64,000 bases of DNA from Calcarisporiella thermophila CBS 279.70 (taxonomy: Eukaryota; Fungi; Calcarisporiellomycota): the NCBI RefSeq assembly GCF_041956535.1, contig NW_027192193.1, forward strand, positions 42,172-106,171, in the 5' to 3' direction. Below are positions 10,101-21,800 of the stretch, in pieces. The translations under genes were made by a program, and so were the position numbers. The number at the start of each line of letters is the position of its first letter. Positions within the stretch are counted from its first letter, which is position 1. The notes beneath the pieces are model-generated. The model ran no database searches. It was not told where the DNA came from and worked only from the letters and a program-made list of their open reading frames with translations.

Positions 10101-11744
10101 ATTCAAGATATCGACATCCCTACGATCAAGGCGAGAGATTCATTCAAATACCTCGGGAACAAAGTAGGCATGCAACGCAACGGAATCTACGGCCAATTCC
10201 ACGAGATGCTCAAAGACACCGAAACAGTGCTGATGAAGGTGGCCGACTCCCCACTGCGAATCCACCAGAAACATCACGCGATTCGCACATTCGTAATACC
10301 GAAATGGGAATACTTTGTTCAACTCAACGGATTGGGGGTTCACCACGCCAAACTCCTTGGACAAGCACTCAGGACGGCGATTCGCAAGTACTGCAAGCTG
10401 CCCACACATGCCTCGATGGCGTTCTTCCACACCGACAGAGAGAACGGAGGCCTCGGCATGCCGGATCCATGGACATGGGCGTGCTCCACACAAGCAGTAC
10501 ACGTGGCGGAACTACTGAACTCCAAGGACCCGACGGTTCGCAAGCTCGTGGTGGACTCAATCAGAAGTATCATCGAAGCCCGGTACCCAGGTGTACCGCA
10601 TACGATGGAGGAACACACGCTGGTCATGTCCTATCTGGGAGGCAGTTTGGAACATCTTAAACAAGGAAACTACATAGACTGCTTCGACCTCATTGCGCAC
10701 GTCCCACGGGCCATCAAAGCGACAAGGATGAAGATTACGTACCATACATATAAAGGCTACGAAGTAGTCCCTAACAACCCCCCACAGGTAGCGGAGAATC
10801 AACCCGGCACGGAAAGAGAAATAAAATGGCCCAGAACGCTAACAAAGGTCGCAAGGGTGAAAGCGGCATGCCGACAGCATATCGCGGAACACTGGGCCTC
10901 ACAACCGCAGCAAGGTCACGCACTAGCTACACTGAGAAACCCCCACTCCAACGCGTGGCTGACCAACAGCGACCTATACCCGGCTGCATATCGATTTGCC
11001 GTCAAGGCCAGGCTGGACCTTCTCCCTCACAACAGGAACAAACAGAGATGGAAACAACGAGACACTGCAGATTGCCCCCACTGTGGAAGGATGGAGACCA
11101 CCCACCATATCCTATCCGTCTGCCCTAGATACCGGCCCATCCGCACCGAACGGCACGACAAGATAGCGGAGCGCCTTGCGAGAACAGCAAGGTATAACCA
11201 CCCCGACTGCGAAGTGTTCGTTAACCAATCACCACCAGATATCCAAGCGGACCAACTACGGCCAGACCTGGTTATCGTGAACAGAACGCTAAAACAGGTC
11301 AAAATCCTGGACGTTGCCGTTACCGCCCAGTGCGACGACCAATGTTTAAACGAGAAACGAGAGGAGAAGGTCACCAAATATACCGCCATTAATCAGCAAT
11401 ATGAAGACCTAGGCTTCAGCACTAGACTCGACGCAGTGGTGTTTGGAGACCTCGGAGGATCAGACACACGGAATACAACCATTTTCACGCAGATCCTAAA
11501 GTCGCCGAGATCTTATGCAGACAAGATGCACCGCTTTATCGTCGCCGACATCCTACGTGCCGGTCAAAGAATCTGGGCTCAACGTAGCAACCTCTCTCTC
11601 CCGGCAGTAAACAACAACAGATACATCGCCGACAGTAGAGACACAGCGCGAAATGTTGCTCCGACTACACAAGACATCGTACAAGCGACCCCAGTGACCC
11701 AAATCAACCGATTAATCGAAGACATCCGACACGGCAGAGAATAA
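7109..11744 (+). pseudogene. ZnF-Myb-RT-CCHC-RLE polyprotein, disrupted by at least two frameshifts
   Basis: C2H2 fingers (CPAPDC..HYQQTH, CSEPGC..HEQEQH, CPFTDQC..HVETIH, CPGC..HMRIH); SAGPDGI, NWRPVSL, QKGF, DFKDAFG, GVKQGDPSSPLIFN, LLADNL (second catalytic Asp is Asn), FKYLG, GGLG; CPHCGRMETTHHILSVC, RHD, RPDLV..ILDVAV..KVTKY; three reading frames (7109, 8515, 9465). Confidence 0.92.
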
Positions 11745-11965
11745 CAAAATAATAATAGAAAAAAAAAAATAAAAATAAAAAATAACAAAAAAAAACCAAA
11801 AAAAAACATAAAATACAATGAAGTTAATATTTTATTCCAATAACTAAAATAAGTTCCGCTTTACTCTATAGTATCATATTTTAACCCTATTATAATGTTA
11901 GTATTCTTTTTCTTCTCAGTACTTTTCCCTTATATTCACTGTTTTCCATCTCATATATCTGATAT

Positions 11966-12006
11966 TGTGGAGACGCGGGGGAAACCCCCGCGGACCCCCA
12001 TCATTA
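11966..12006. repeat. ~40-bp GC hairpin mini-repeat, copy 2 (in the retrotransposon 3' UTR)
   Basis: TGTGGAGACGCGGGGG-AAA-CCCCCGCGGACCCCCATCATT. Confidence 0.75.
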
Positions 12007-12145
12007 TTATAATTTATCTTATTTCCTTTCTTTTCTTTGCTTTTTACTCTTTTACGCGCCCGCACCTCCAAGTGTTGTGCTTTAGTATTGAGACTTATTA
12101 TTGCTTCTTCTCTGTCAATCAATACAAACGAAATAAAAATATTAT

Positions 12146-12177
12146 GGGTTCGATTCCCTGATTCGAAGTAGTTTTTT
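12146..12177 (+). pseudogene. 3' fragment of tRNA-Glu (T arm to discriminator) plus T6; target-site remnant
   Basis: Matches 5634-5665 with 2 substitutions; the 5' 49 nt of the tRNA are absent. Confidence 0.85.
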
Positions 12178-13470
12178 GCATATTTCTTATTATTTTATTG
12201 ATGTTTTTCTCCTCTTGAAGGGCATAGGGACGTTCCCCTCGTCGTGAGGAACCGATTGATACCTTTTTTGTGGGGAGTTTCTGCAATTTTTGCGGAATGA
12301 TCGAAGATGATGAGAAAATCGACGCTGATGATGGCCATAGTGACTCCGCCAATACAGCTCCGAATGTCACGGGAATGGTTCAGCAGGGACCACTGATGCG
12401 TCCTGACCTCGTGGGGACAGGATCTCTCCGCCATCCGAGTTGTATGCGGTTCATCTGAGGCTCGGAGACATGGGGCCCTCATTCACTTGATGAGGCATCT
12501 AGCGACGACGAACCAGACCAGAGAGCACCACAGGCGCTGCGCCAAGTTCAGAATCTCCCGCCCTTAAACGTAGGATTCAAAGACCACCGTTTGAATAAGA
12601 CAGTCGAGCCAGGATGCTAGTGAAGGCTAATTTACGACGCAACTGTTTACGACAACTAGCGATTCCCCAGACAATCCGATGTTCGAAGTACCGTCTACTT
12701 AGTCGGAAAAAAATTAGTACGGCCATAATGGTAGAGGGATTTTTCGTGTTAGCAATATAACGTTGCTGCACCCTTTGTTATACGTTCGACCTCGAGATCT
12801 TGACCAACCTTTAGCTATCTTCGCCAAGCCGACAAAGCGCACTCATGAGTTCCCGGAAAGCAGACTTCCTCTTCACTGTTGTCCATCTACCTGCCGAAAT
12901 GACACTTCGATCTGAGCAAAACCTTGACTAGACCAACATCCTCTTGCTATAGTTGTCTCTGATGTCACGAGGCCTTTACTCATGACTTGGCTACAACCTC
13001 TATTTACCAATGGCCATTTCATCCGGCGACAAAGAACCAGACCAGAGAGCAGCAAATGGCGCTGCGCCAATTTACGGAGGTGGCACCACAACAGGGCCTA
13101 GATTAAGTGGTTATTTGTACATACACCGCGTGGTGGCCAGGTAGACCGAATTCGTCTATAGGAGGCTCAGCAGCTCGAGCCAACTGCCGACCGACGCCAC
13201 TGGCTATCACCCGTGTTCCTGCGTCCCCGCGGGGGCTAGGATAGAGTCGGACGCATCAGGATAACAAAAGCTGGTACCAGACACCATGGACAAAACACAA
13301 TTGGGAACAAGTCTAAAGGGCCTCTCAGGGAACCTCCCTACCGAAGATTCTATTTCGCCCGAAGGGAAGCACTGTGAGGACATAGCGAGCCTTGCACCCT
13401 ACTTCCATCCACCTTCCCTCTTTGGAAGATGTCGAAAATGAGTTGAGTCGTGCTGACGAGGTGATACTGT
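12178..13470 (+). mobile_element. Sequence X copy 2 and continuation; probable degenerate second retroelement
   Basis: First ~370 bp repeat 5666-6035; GC-rich decayed coding-like sequence; internal repeat 13034-13069 of 12510-12545; LPSLEDVENELSRA resembles the pre-RT segment EPTIESVETRLSAL of the intact element; 3' boundary approximate. Confidence 0.45.
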
Positions 13471-13666
13471 GCCATTGCCAGGCTCAAATACTTAGTTTAA
13501 TATCAATCTGGTTCCTGCTAGAAAAAAGTCAAAATAATTTTCTGCTACGAAATATTATACACTTTACTCAAGAAATAAGCTCTGCAATTTATTAACTTTT
13601 GAAATATTAACAAAGTTATAACTGGTTTTGTAAATAAAATAGCAAAAGGAGTCAATTATAGACTTC

Positions 13667-16010
13667 TCATAAGTGTAAACCGTTGCAAAGATTTTGCTTC
13701 CAAAGAGGTGTCTCTGCTGATTCTTGACCTTCAATGCCACGTTTGGAGAAAGGACTGGTGAAGCAGCCCAGCTCGGACTTGCCCGCGCGCATTTGGCAGA
13801 TAAGTTCCTTTTTGCAAGTTGAGTCACACTTTCCTTCACGCCCGGCAGATCCAGTGCGATACAAGAAAAATTTGTCGAAGAGCTCATTATTCTTCTCGAA
13901 TTGAACAGTAAGTGTATGCCACCAGGCTGGCGTTAATGGTGCATGGGGAGAATCAAAAGCATAGTCTTTACGAGCTGAATATTCTAGTTTCCATTCGGGC
14001 TCTTCGTCATTTTTCTCCCATTTGCTTGCTTGTGATATGTCGGCATAGTAGGTCAGAGAATCAACGACAGTGAATGTCTCTGCGTCTACTTTATACACAC
14101 GATAGGTAGGGTTCTTATTTGTGTATGTCGTGACAGATGGTGCAATATATCCAACAGCTATAGCATGTTTGGCATCACGGTCGTCGTCAGATGAGTAGAA
14201 GACCTCAAACTCGTCACGGTGAGTGTGACCGAAGAATATTCCTGCTATAACATGAGGGCTATATCTTTGTACAATCTGATAGAAGAGGTGACTGTAATTA
14301 TGCATGCAGTCACTTTGCCCGCTGGGATGATGCCCAAGAATCCAAACACGTTGACCTGACAAATAAATTCAAAAAAATTATTAAATGCAATTCATTAAAA
14401 AATATCAAACATATTTGTATTACGCACCGTTATCTTCGGCATCCTGCAATTCAGAGACGAGCCATGCAAGCATTAGGTTAGGATCAGGGTGATCTCTTGC
14501 ATGGTCAAGCACATAAAAGTTGAGGGTGTAGCACCAGTTGGTATTTAAAGATATAACCTTTAGCTTGGGGTATGCTTCGGGAGTATAGGAATAAGAGCCT
14601 GTATTCTTAACCACTTGCTTAGCTGTGTCGGAGTCCAAGAATTTCTCCCATTGTTCTGCAAAGAATGGGTATTGTGGGTCGTCCTTTCCTTCGGGATAGT
14701 GTTTGGGAGGAGAAAGATTGATAGGAACGAAGTCGTGATTACCAACAACTGGGAAGAAAGTTTTGACTGCTTTGTTCAATTTTCGATGAAGACCATCCCA
14801 CGTGCGCTTAATGTTTTTCTCTGCAGCTTCTTTGTCAGCAATCCTAAATGATTGACAAACAATCAGGATCTCCTACTATTCCAAAATATTGAATTGATCA
14901 AAAATCATACCAGATATCATGCGCAACAAGATCTCCGGTTAGGAAACCTAGATCAATATTATCTTTCTTTACAATGTGGTCAATCATATTATCAGCGAGC
15001 TATTACGCATATTTAAAAAAATTAGCATATCGAAAAACGTGACCCATTTTGTTATTGGAAGGAACTCACAAGCTGAGGGGTGTCACAGCTATAATCTCCC
15101 CAGATACTAGCTGGCCTCTTAGGGGGGTTGGATCCTGAGTCAGAACGACAACAAGTTGGACGGTCGCAAACTGCATCAGAACCAGGCTAACTCGTTGAAA
15201 TTAAAGATGGTTAGCATTAAAGAAACAGCCGTAAAAAATAAAGAGTAGGCAGGACGATATATTACCTTATAGTGGCTGTCTACATGCCAATCGCTGAGAT
15301 GCAGTACATTCAAAGTTTTACCGGAGTTCTTGGGGGCAGTAGCATCAACTGGTTTTGGTTTTGGGAACTGCATTTTTCCGGCAGTCGTTTCGGGATAGGG
15401 ACAAACATCGAGTAGCGCAGCACAGAGTAACTTTCCATCATAATTCCTATCAAATTTGCTAATTACTTTGAAGAGCACGGGACCTTGTGTATCGACAAGC
15501 CCACGGCACTATTGATCAAAGTTACTCATTAAACGTGTCGGAGAGAGAGTATAGTGTGCTTAGACCTGTTGTGATACATACCGTAGTCTCATCAAATTTC
15601 TTTTGAACTTTACACACGCCGTGCAAAATTTCGTATAAAAGCTTTGGGCTATACTTATAGAGCGTGGCAACTGCAACCTCCGCACCGGTGCATGCGCGGC
15701 AGCTCACCGCCTTCTTTCCTTTCTCGATCAGGTTCAAAAACCAATTCTTGATAGAATTTCCAATGCCAAATGGATCTGCCCTTGCTGCGAGGATGATAGT
15801 GCGAGGGTGAGCATTGTGGAGATCGATATAAGAAAGGTTTCCGTCTGGAAGGAAGGAGAGGCTTGTCAAGTTGAAATCCTCGCCGAAGCCTTCATCATCA
15901 AACCCATTAGCTGGCTGGACGACCTTGGGCTTTGCTTCGGCACAGCTTGAAGAGAGGAGAAGTGTAATTAAAGAAAGGGCGAGAAGCACGAGGCTCGTTG
16001 ATTTTTGCAT
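13667..16010 (-). CDS. Secreted sphingomyelin phosphodiesterase (acid sphingomyelinase-like metallophosphoesterase), multi-exon
   Basis: Signal peptide, saposin-like Cys pattern, LHLSDWHVD, VGNHD, ILGHHP, FFGHTHRDEF, APSVTTY..NP.YRVY. Confidence 0.9.
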
Positions 16011-17710
16011 AGTCAGATTATGTCTTAAAGACTGGAGGGATAAAGGGAGAGGGGGCGTGTTGAAGGAGGGAACGGGATTAAAGATAGAGTAAGTGAAGAT
16101 TAAAAATAAGTAAAATAAAAATTATTACTACTACGAAACCAGAGAATTTTATCGTAGACTAAGCCCATTGCTCCAATATATATAGTCCTCATGGCTAAAG
16201 GTCGGTGCAACCTCATGTCTTTAGAGTATTAGTGTTATTTGTTGCTTATAAAGGCTCACAAATATAGACTGTATAACTCCGCTGTTTTACCAGCCAGTAG
16301 TACAATAAACATGCTCTCAAATGTGAATCCGAAAAACTGAAGTGAATTTCAATAAGCAATAAATCTACACGTTTATTGGCTTAAAATGTAAAATACGTGG
16401 TATCATACAAAGAACAGGAAATGACTCGCTTTGTGAAAAAAGAGAGTAGTGTAAGATTAAGAGGCGCCCTATCTCATTCAGCAAAAGCTATTGCGATACC
16501 GAGGTGATCCTTGAAATGGATTAGATTTGGCCCGAAGAAAGGAATCAGATAAATCCTATTTCCATTTCCAGAAATTTAGCTCAAACAATGTATTCAAAGG
16601 CTTAGTTTTAAAGTTGTGGCACGATTGGTAAGAACTAATTGGGCGTGCCCCCATCCGACCCTTCGATTGATGCACATGAGAAAACCATGAGGTGAGCCAA
16701 TCGAGCACATTATGTCACAGCGTTCAATTCTGGTTTTGTACACCCATATTTCCAAGGAGATGTTCTCAGGCTCAATGATATAGCACTAGGAAACTTATTT
16801 AGAAGCAACCCATAAAGGAACAGGAAGCTTCCATTTTGGAATGTAGCTAAGGATTGAATATCGCAGATATGCTCATGCCCACTCTTATTTAGGACTACTA
16901 CTTCAAGCTACATTACTAAGTAAAAAGGGGTATAGAATAGTAAATAAATCTGTGCCAGTTGGCTAGGCTTCCGAAAATTTAGTAGGCGATTAAAGATCTA
17001 ATAAAGGCACTTCTATATTAAGCCATAGGGCATGTTGTTGAAGTGCCTAAGCCCGGATTCATTAAAGCAACCTCGGCGTCGGATCCTGGTTATTTCCTGT
17101 CACTTCAATTACTTTTGAATCCATACCAAGAGTCCCAATTGATGCTTAGACACCACCATAAGGTGACATTTCCAGGTGTTTCAATTCAATTGTGCAAAGC
17201 CTTACAGAATTACTACCTATGTATTACCTTAATATGTCCAAAGTTGTAAAATGGTCTGATGGTTTGCAATAATTGCTAGGGCAATGTGCTCCGGAATAGC
17301 GCCTTAAAGCGCACTTTAATATAATAAAATGCAGTAGCAAAGCGTTCGTAATTTGAAAAAAAAAAATTTATATTCTTGAAGCATTGCTACACCTATACCT
17401 GAACCTAAGGGGGATATTTCAACGTGGAATATTATATTTCGTGGACTGCTGCAGAAATGAGTCATTTCAACTAGTCCAACTAGAGCAAATATTATTCATT
17501 CTAAACAGTGATTAGAAAAAGGGAGGGTTTATAGAGCCTTCTTGACAAATAAGCTGCTTTATTAAATTTCAAGGTACTGAGTTTGCAACAACTCAGTGAT
17601 TCATTTGTAAGTAATCGAATACTTTATAACTTTTGTGCTCGTGGAAAATCACCGGCATTACATACTGATTTCAATACTCGCAATTTGAATTCAAAATATT
17701 GACTCCTAAA

Positions 17711-17960
17711 CCCTATAAAAGACCCGCCCGGTGTAAACTGCAAGATTACGTATAGAAGCATGTAGAAAGGATGAAGCACCTTCGGATTCCTCATAAAGTT
17801 TCTTTAATATCACTACAGATTGAAATTTCTCCCTATTATAAAATCGTGAAAAGTATGTGAAATGCTTGTAAAAATTTAGAGAATCACGAACATTATTCAT
17901 CCTTTCTACATGCTTCTGTACGTAATCTAACCGTTTTCACCGAGCGGGTTTTTTGTAGGG
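17711..17960. mobile_element. MITE with ~65-bp TIRs (CCCTA...TAGGG), CACTA/EnSpm-like, copy 1
   Basis: Long imperfect terminal inverted repeats; flanks AAA/AAA; homologous copy at 56134-56365. Confidence 0.85.
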
Positions 17961-18852
17961 AAACATATTAAAAAAATGGATGATATTGTTTAAACTTATA
18001 ATATATATAGATTTAGGAATATTTTTTCAATGCATCAGGTCCGTTTTTATTTACGGTAGTTTTGTATTGGTGCAAATTAATGTACCTATTTCAGATATAC
18101 CAGTACTATTAAGCGAATTTAACAAAATAAAATACTTTAATCCATGCAAAGTGAAGTGGTTTTTTTATTATTTCCGAGTTCATAAATTTCGTCCTTGGAC
18201 CATTTGATAATTCATTTGTTTGTTTTCATATATGGTGATGATATTACTCTTTCGTTCAGTTTTTTCAAATGGTAAAGGCTTTTTTGGTACAATATTAAAG
18301 TGTACGGCATATGTTAATTAGAAGGATTGACACAGAGCAATCGCCATTTATTTTGAACTTTCTATAAAGCTTAAGTCGGGTGGAACCAAATGCCATGCAT
18401 TTTTCAATCCGTTATGGTATACTGAAAATATTATGCAGATTTAATAGCTCTGAAAAATCATTTATTGATTTTCATGAATATAGATTAAACAAATAGGTTT
18501 ATGTTAAATTTATGTGTTATAGTTTATCAACCCTTAAATTACACTATTTATACTTGCAACGAGTGGCTAAATACAAACTTTAATTCTCAATCCAAAAATA
18601 TCCCAACTATGCGAATCAAAGCCTTTCTGATGTCGTCACCAAATTCCATTCTTCTACATTTTACGCGTTTATTTGTTACATTGTTACTGTAGCATTTCTG
18701 TTATTTTAAATAAGATATTTCGCGTCTCCCTCTCTTCTACTCCATTTAATTAAAAAAATTCCCGCATTTAACTTGTATTTTTTTCCTCAATACCTCGTAA
18801 TTAAAATACCTTTATACAGATAGTTGAGGCCATAGTTGGAGCGCCATAGGTT

Positions 18853-21800
18853 ATGGAGTCCAATAATAAGATTAACGTGGCCATTAGAGTGCGGCCATTA
18901 AATGACCGTGAACTTCAAAACGACCAAAAGATAGCATGGAGAGTACAAAATAATACAATAATACAGGGAAATTTGAATGATGAACGGCCAATTCTCGGCT
19001 CAACCTATACCTTTGGTGAGTTATCAGTTTTGATTGAATTATCTCGTTTGCGGTTGAAACAAGAAAATTATTTTTTTACGCGTTAATTGTACATGAATTG
19101 CTAATTGTTATCTATTTGTACTTTTCCAATAACAGATAAGATCTTCTGGGGGGAGGTGAAGAATGAGCAAGTACATGCATCAATAGCTCGCAATATTATA
19201 CTTTCTTCAATGGCAGGAATGAATGGTATTATTTCTTTTATATTTTATTTGTGTTCTGATTAAAGGGTAAATTCATCTCAATTTAGGAACAATATTTGCA
19301 TATGGACAAACCTCTTCAGGGAAAACGGTAGGCTATTTTATTATATTTGTTTGTTTAAACATTATTAAAGTGATTTACGCGTATTGATAGTATACAATGC
19401 ATGGAACCAAAGAAGAACCAGGCATAATTCCTTTAGCAATTCGAGATATTTTCCAATATATTATGAATGTAAGTTAACTTTTCACTATGTGTGTATTCAG
19501 AATGATAGTTTTTTATTTCATCGTGCACAGACGCCAGACCGTGAATTTCTGCTGCGAGTATCATATTTGGAGATTTATAACGAAGTAATCCGTGATTTGA
19601 TTAATCCTGAGAACGATAACCTGAAAATCAAGGAAAGCCCAAACGTGAGTTTTAATATTTTATGTTGAATTATTCATATCTATCTCATTTGTAAACGGTA
19701 TTTTGTATCCAGAGAGAGATCTTTGTCGGCAACCTTACTGAGAAAATAGTCCTCTCCGCAAAAGATGTTCTTTCAATCTTGCAGCGCGGTGAGAGTAACC
19801 GACACGTCGGTGAAACAAATATGAATGAGCGAAGTAGTCGCTCACATACAATCTTTCGCATGGTATTAATTGCAATAATTACATTCTATTATCTTATTTT
19901 GATTCATACAATTTTTTTTACCTATTGATAGATTATTGAAAGTCGCGAACGCAACCGAAAGACTGACCAGAAGAAGCAATCCTACACCGGCGCAGTCAAA
20001 GTCTCTTGCTTAGTAAATATTAGATTGAAAAAAATTATACTTTTGTATACCTATTCACTGAATCCAAATTATATACTCTTTTTTATATGTAGAATCTGGT
20101 AGATCTAGCAGGTTCTGAGCGCGTTGGGCAAACAGGTGCTGAAGGCATTCGGCTTAAGGAGGGCGGCCATATCAATAAGAGCTTGTTAACACTCGGAACT
20201 GTAATTGCGAAACTTTCAGAGTACGGTAGTGACAGGTATTTTGGCTTGTGAATTCGAAGTTTTCTTTAATTAACAATCTAATTTTATGTATAGGGGTCAT
20301 ATTCCTTATCGTGATTCTAAGCTCACTCGAATCCTTCAACCTTCCCTTGGCGGTAATGCACGTACGGCAATTATCTGTACGATCTCACCAGCCAGTGGAT
20401 ACACAGATGAAACGTTAAGCACATTAAAGTTTGCTAGTCGTGCCAAGAATATTGAGAATCAACCTGAAATTAACGAGGTGCTTTCTGAAGAAGCACTACT
20501 TAAGAAATACCGACGTGAAATTAGCAATTTGAAACGCCAATTAGACGAGGTAAAGCCCAATTTATTTTTAACTACTGACGACCATAGACACCGGCTAAAG
20601 TTCATTTTATATAGGCAAATAATAAACAGAATGATGAGAATCGGGCAAATAAACGCAAGCGTATAGATAAGGTATGGTTTGTCTTTGATTAGATACCGAA
20701 GTAACTTATTCCTTAGCCTCCATATTAACTTCTTTTCCTTATACTAGGAGTCAGAGAAATTAAGAGAGGAAAAGGAGCAGGAGCGTTTGCGATATGAAGA
20801 GCTAAAACGTATGATATTGCATTCATCACGAGTCGAAACAGGTGCTGTACAAGAAGAGATCCGTCGTCAAACATGGCACCCTGGGATGGCTGAGCAAAGC
20901 GCTACATCTTCAGCTATAACTCAAGCTAGTCGAAAACGAAAATCGAATTGCTCCACTCAGTCTACTACAGGCGAGGTCGAGGAAGAGTCAATTCCATTGC
21001 TTGCCGCTAAGCGCCAGCTTGAAACTCAAAAGGAAAAGATTAAAGAAATCGAGCGGGTGGCAGGCGAAAAGGGGTCCGAAGCCGAGTTAGCCAAACATAA
21101 GCTTGAGATTCAGACAGCCAGAGCAGAAGAGCTAGCACAAAAAGTTGCCGAGATGGAGACAGAAGCAGAAACCGTCAAGCATGAGCTCGAGTCTCAAAGC
21201 ATCAAAATGAAAGAACTCTATCAGATCATTTCCGAAAAGGATGCCCAACTGAAAGACCTCGAAAGTTCTATCGCAGAGAAAAATGCGGAATCTGAAGCAA
21301 TAAGAGCTGAGCTCGAAGCACAATCAATTAAAGTATTAGACCTCTCTAATACTATAGCTGAAACCGAGTCTCATGTGAAATCACTCGAAAATAATGTCCA
21401 CACGAAGACCATTGAAGCAGAGGAGGCCAAGCGTAAACTCGAAGAGAATAACTTCGCGTTGATTGAGCTTTCCCAGGAGATTTCCAGAAAGGATACCCAA
21501 ATGAAGTCATTAGAGCTTGAGGTTCAGCAAAAAAACGATCAGGCTAACGCAACCCAACGTGACCTCGAGGAGCAGATGACCAAACTGAACGAACTTAGGG
21601 ATATTCTTTCCGAAAAGTGTGGCCAGATACAATCACTAGAGCGGGACTTGTCTGATAAAAATGCCCAGGCTGAATCGACTAAGCGAGAACTAGAAGAACA
21701 AGTTCGTAGAGTGGAAGAATTGTTGCAAGAGCTCAACGAAAAAACTTCTCAAATGACAATATTGAAGAATGAAGTTTCCGAGAAGGATTCTCTGGTTGGA

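Larger units (their letters stand above)
7052..12145 (+). mobile_element. Non-LTR retrotransposon with restriction-like endonuclease (R2/NeSL/Utopia superfamily), near full length, inserted at tRNA-Glu sequence
   Basis: 5' flank GATTCGGAGTAGTTTTTT (tRNA 3' end plus terminator); 3' end ...AAATAAAAATATTAT directly followed by GGGTTCGATTCCCTGATTCGAAGTAGTTTTTT; complete domain set in the ORF. Confidence 0.92.
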
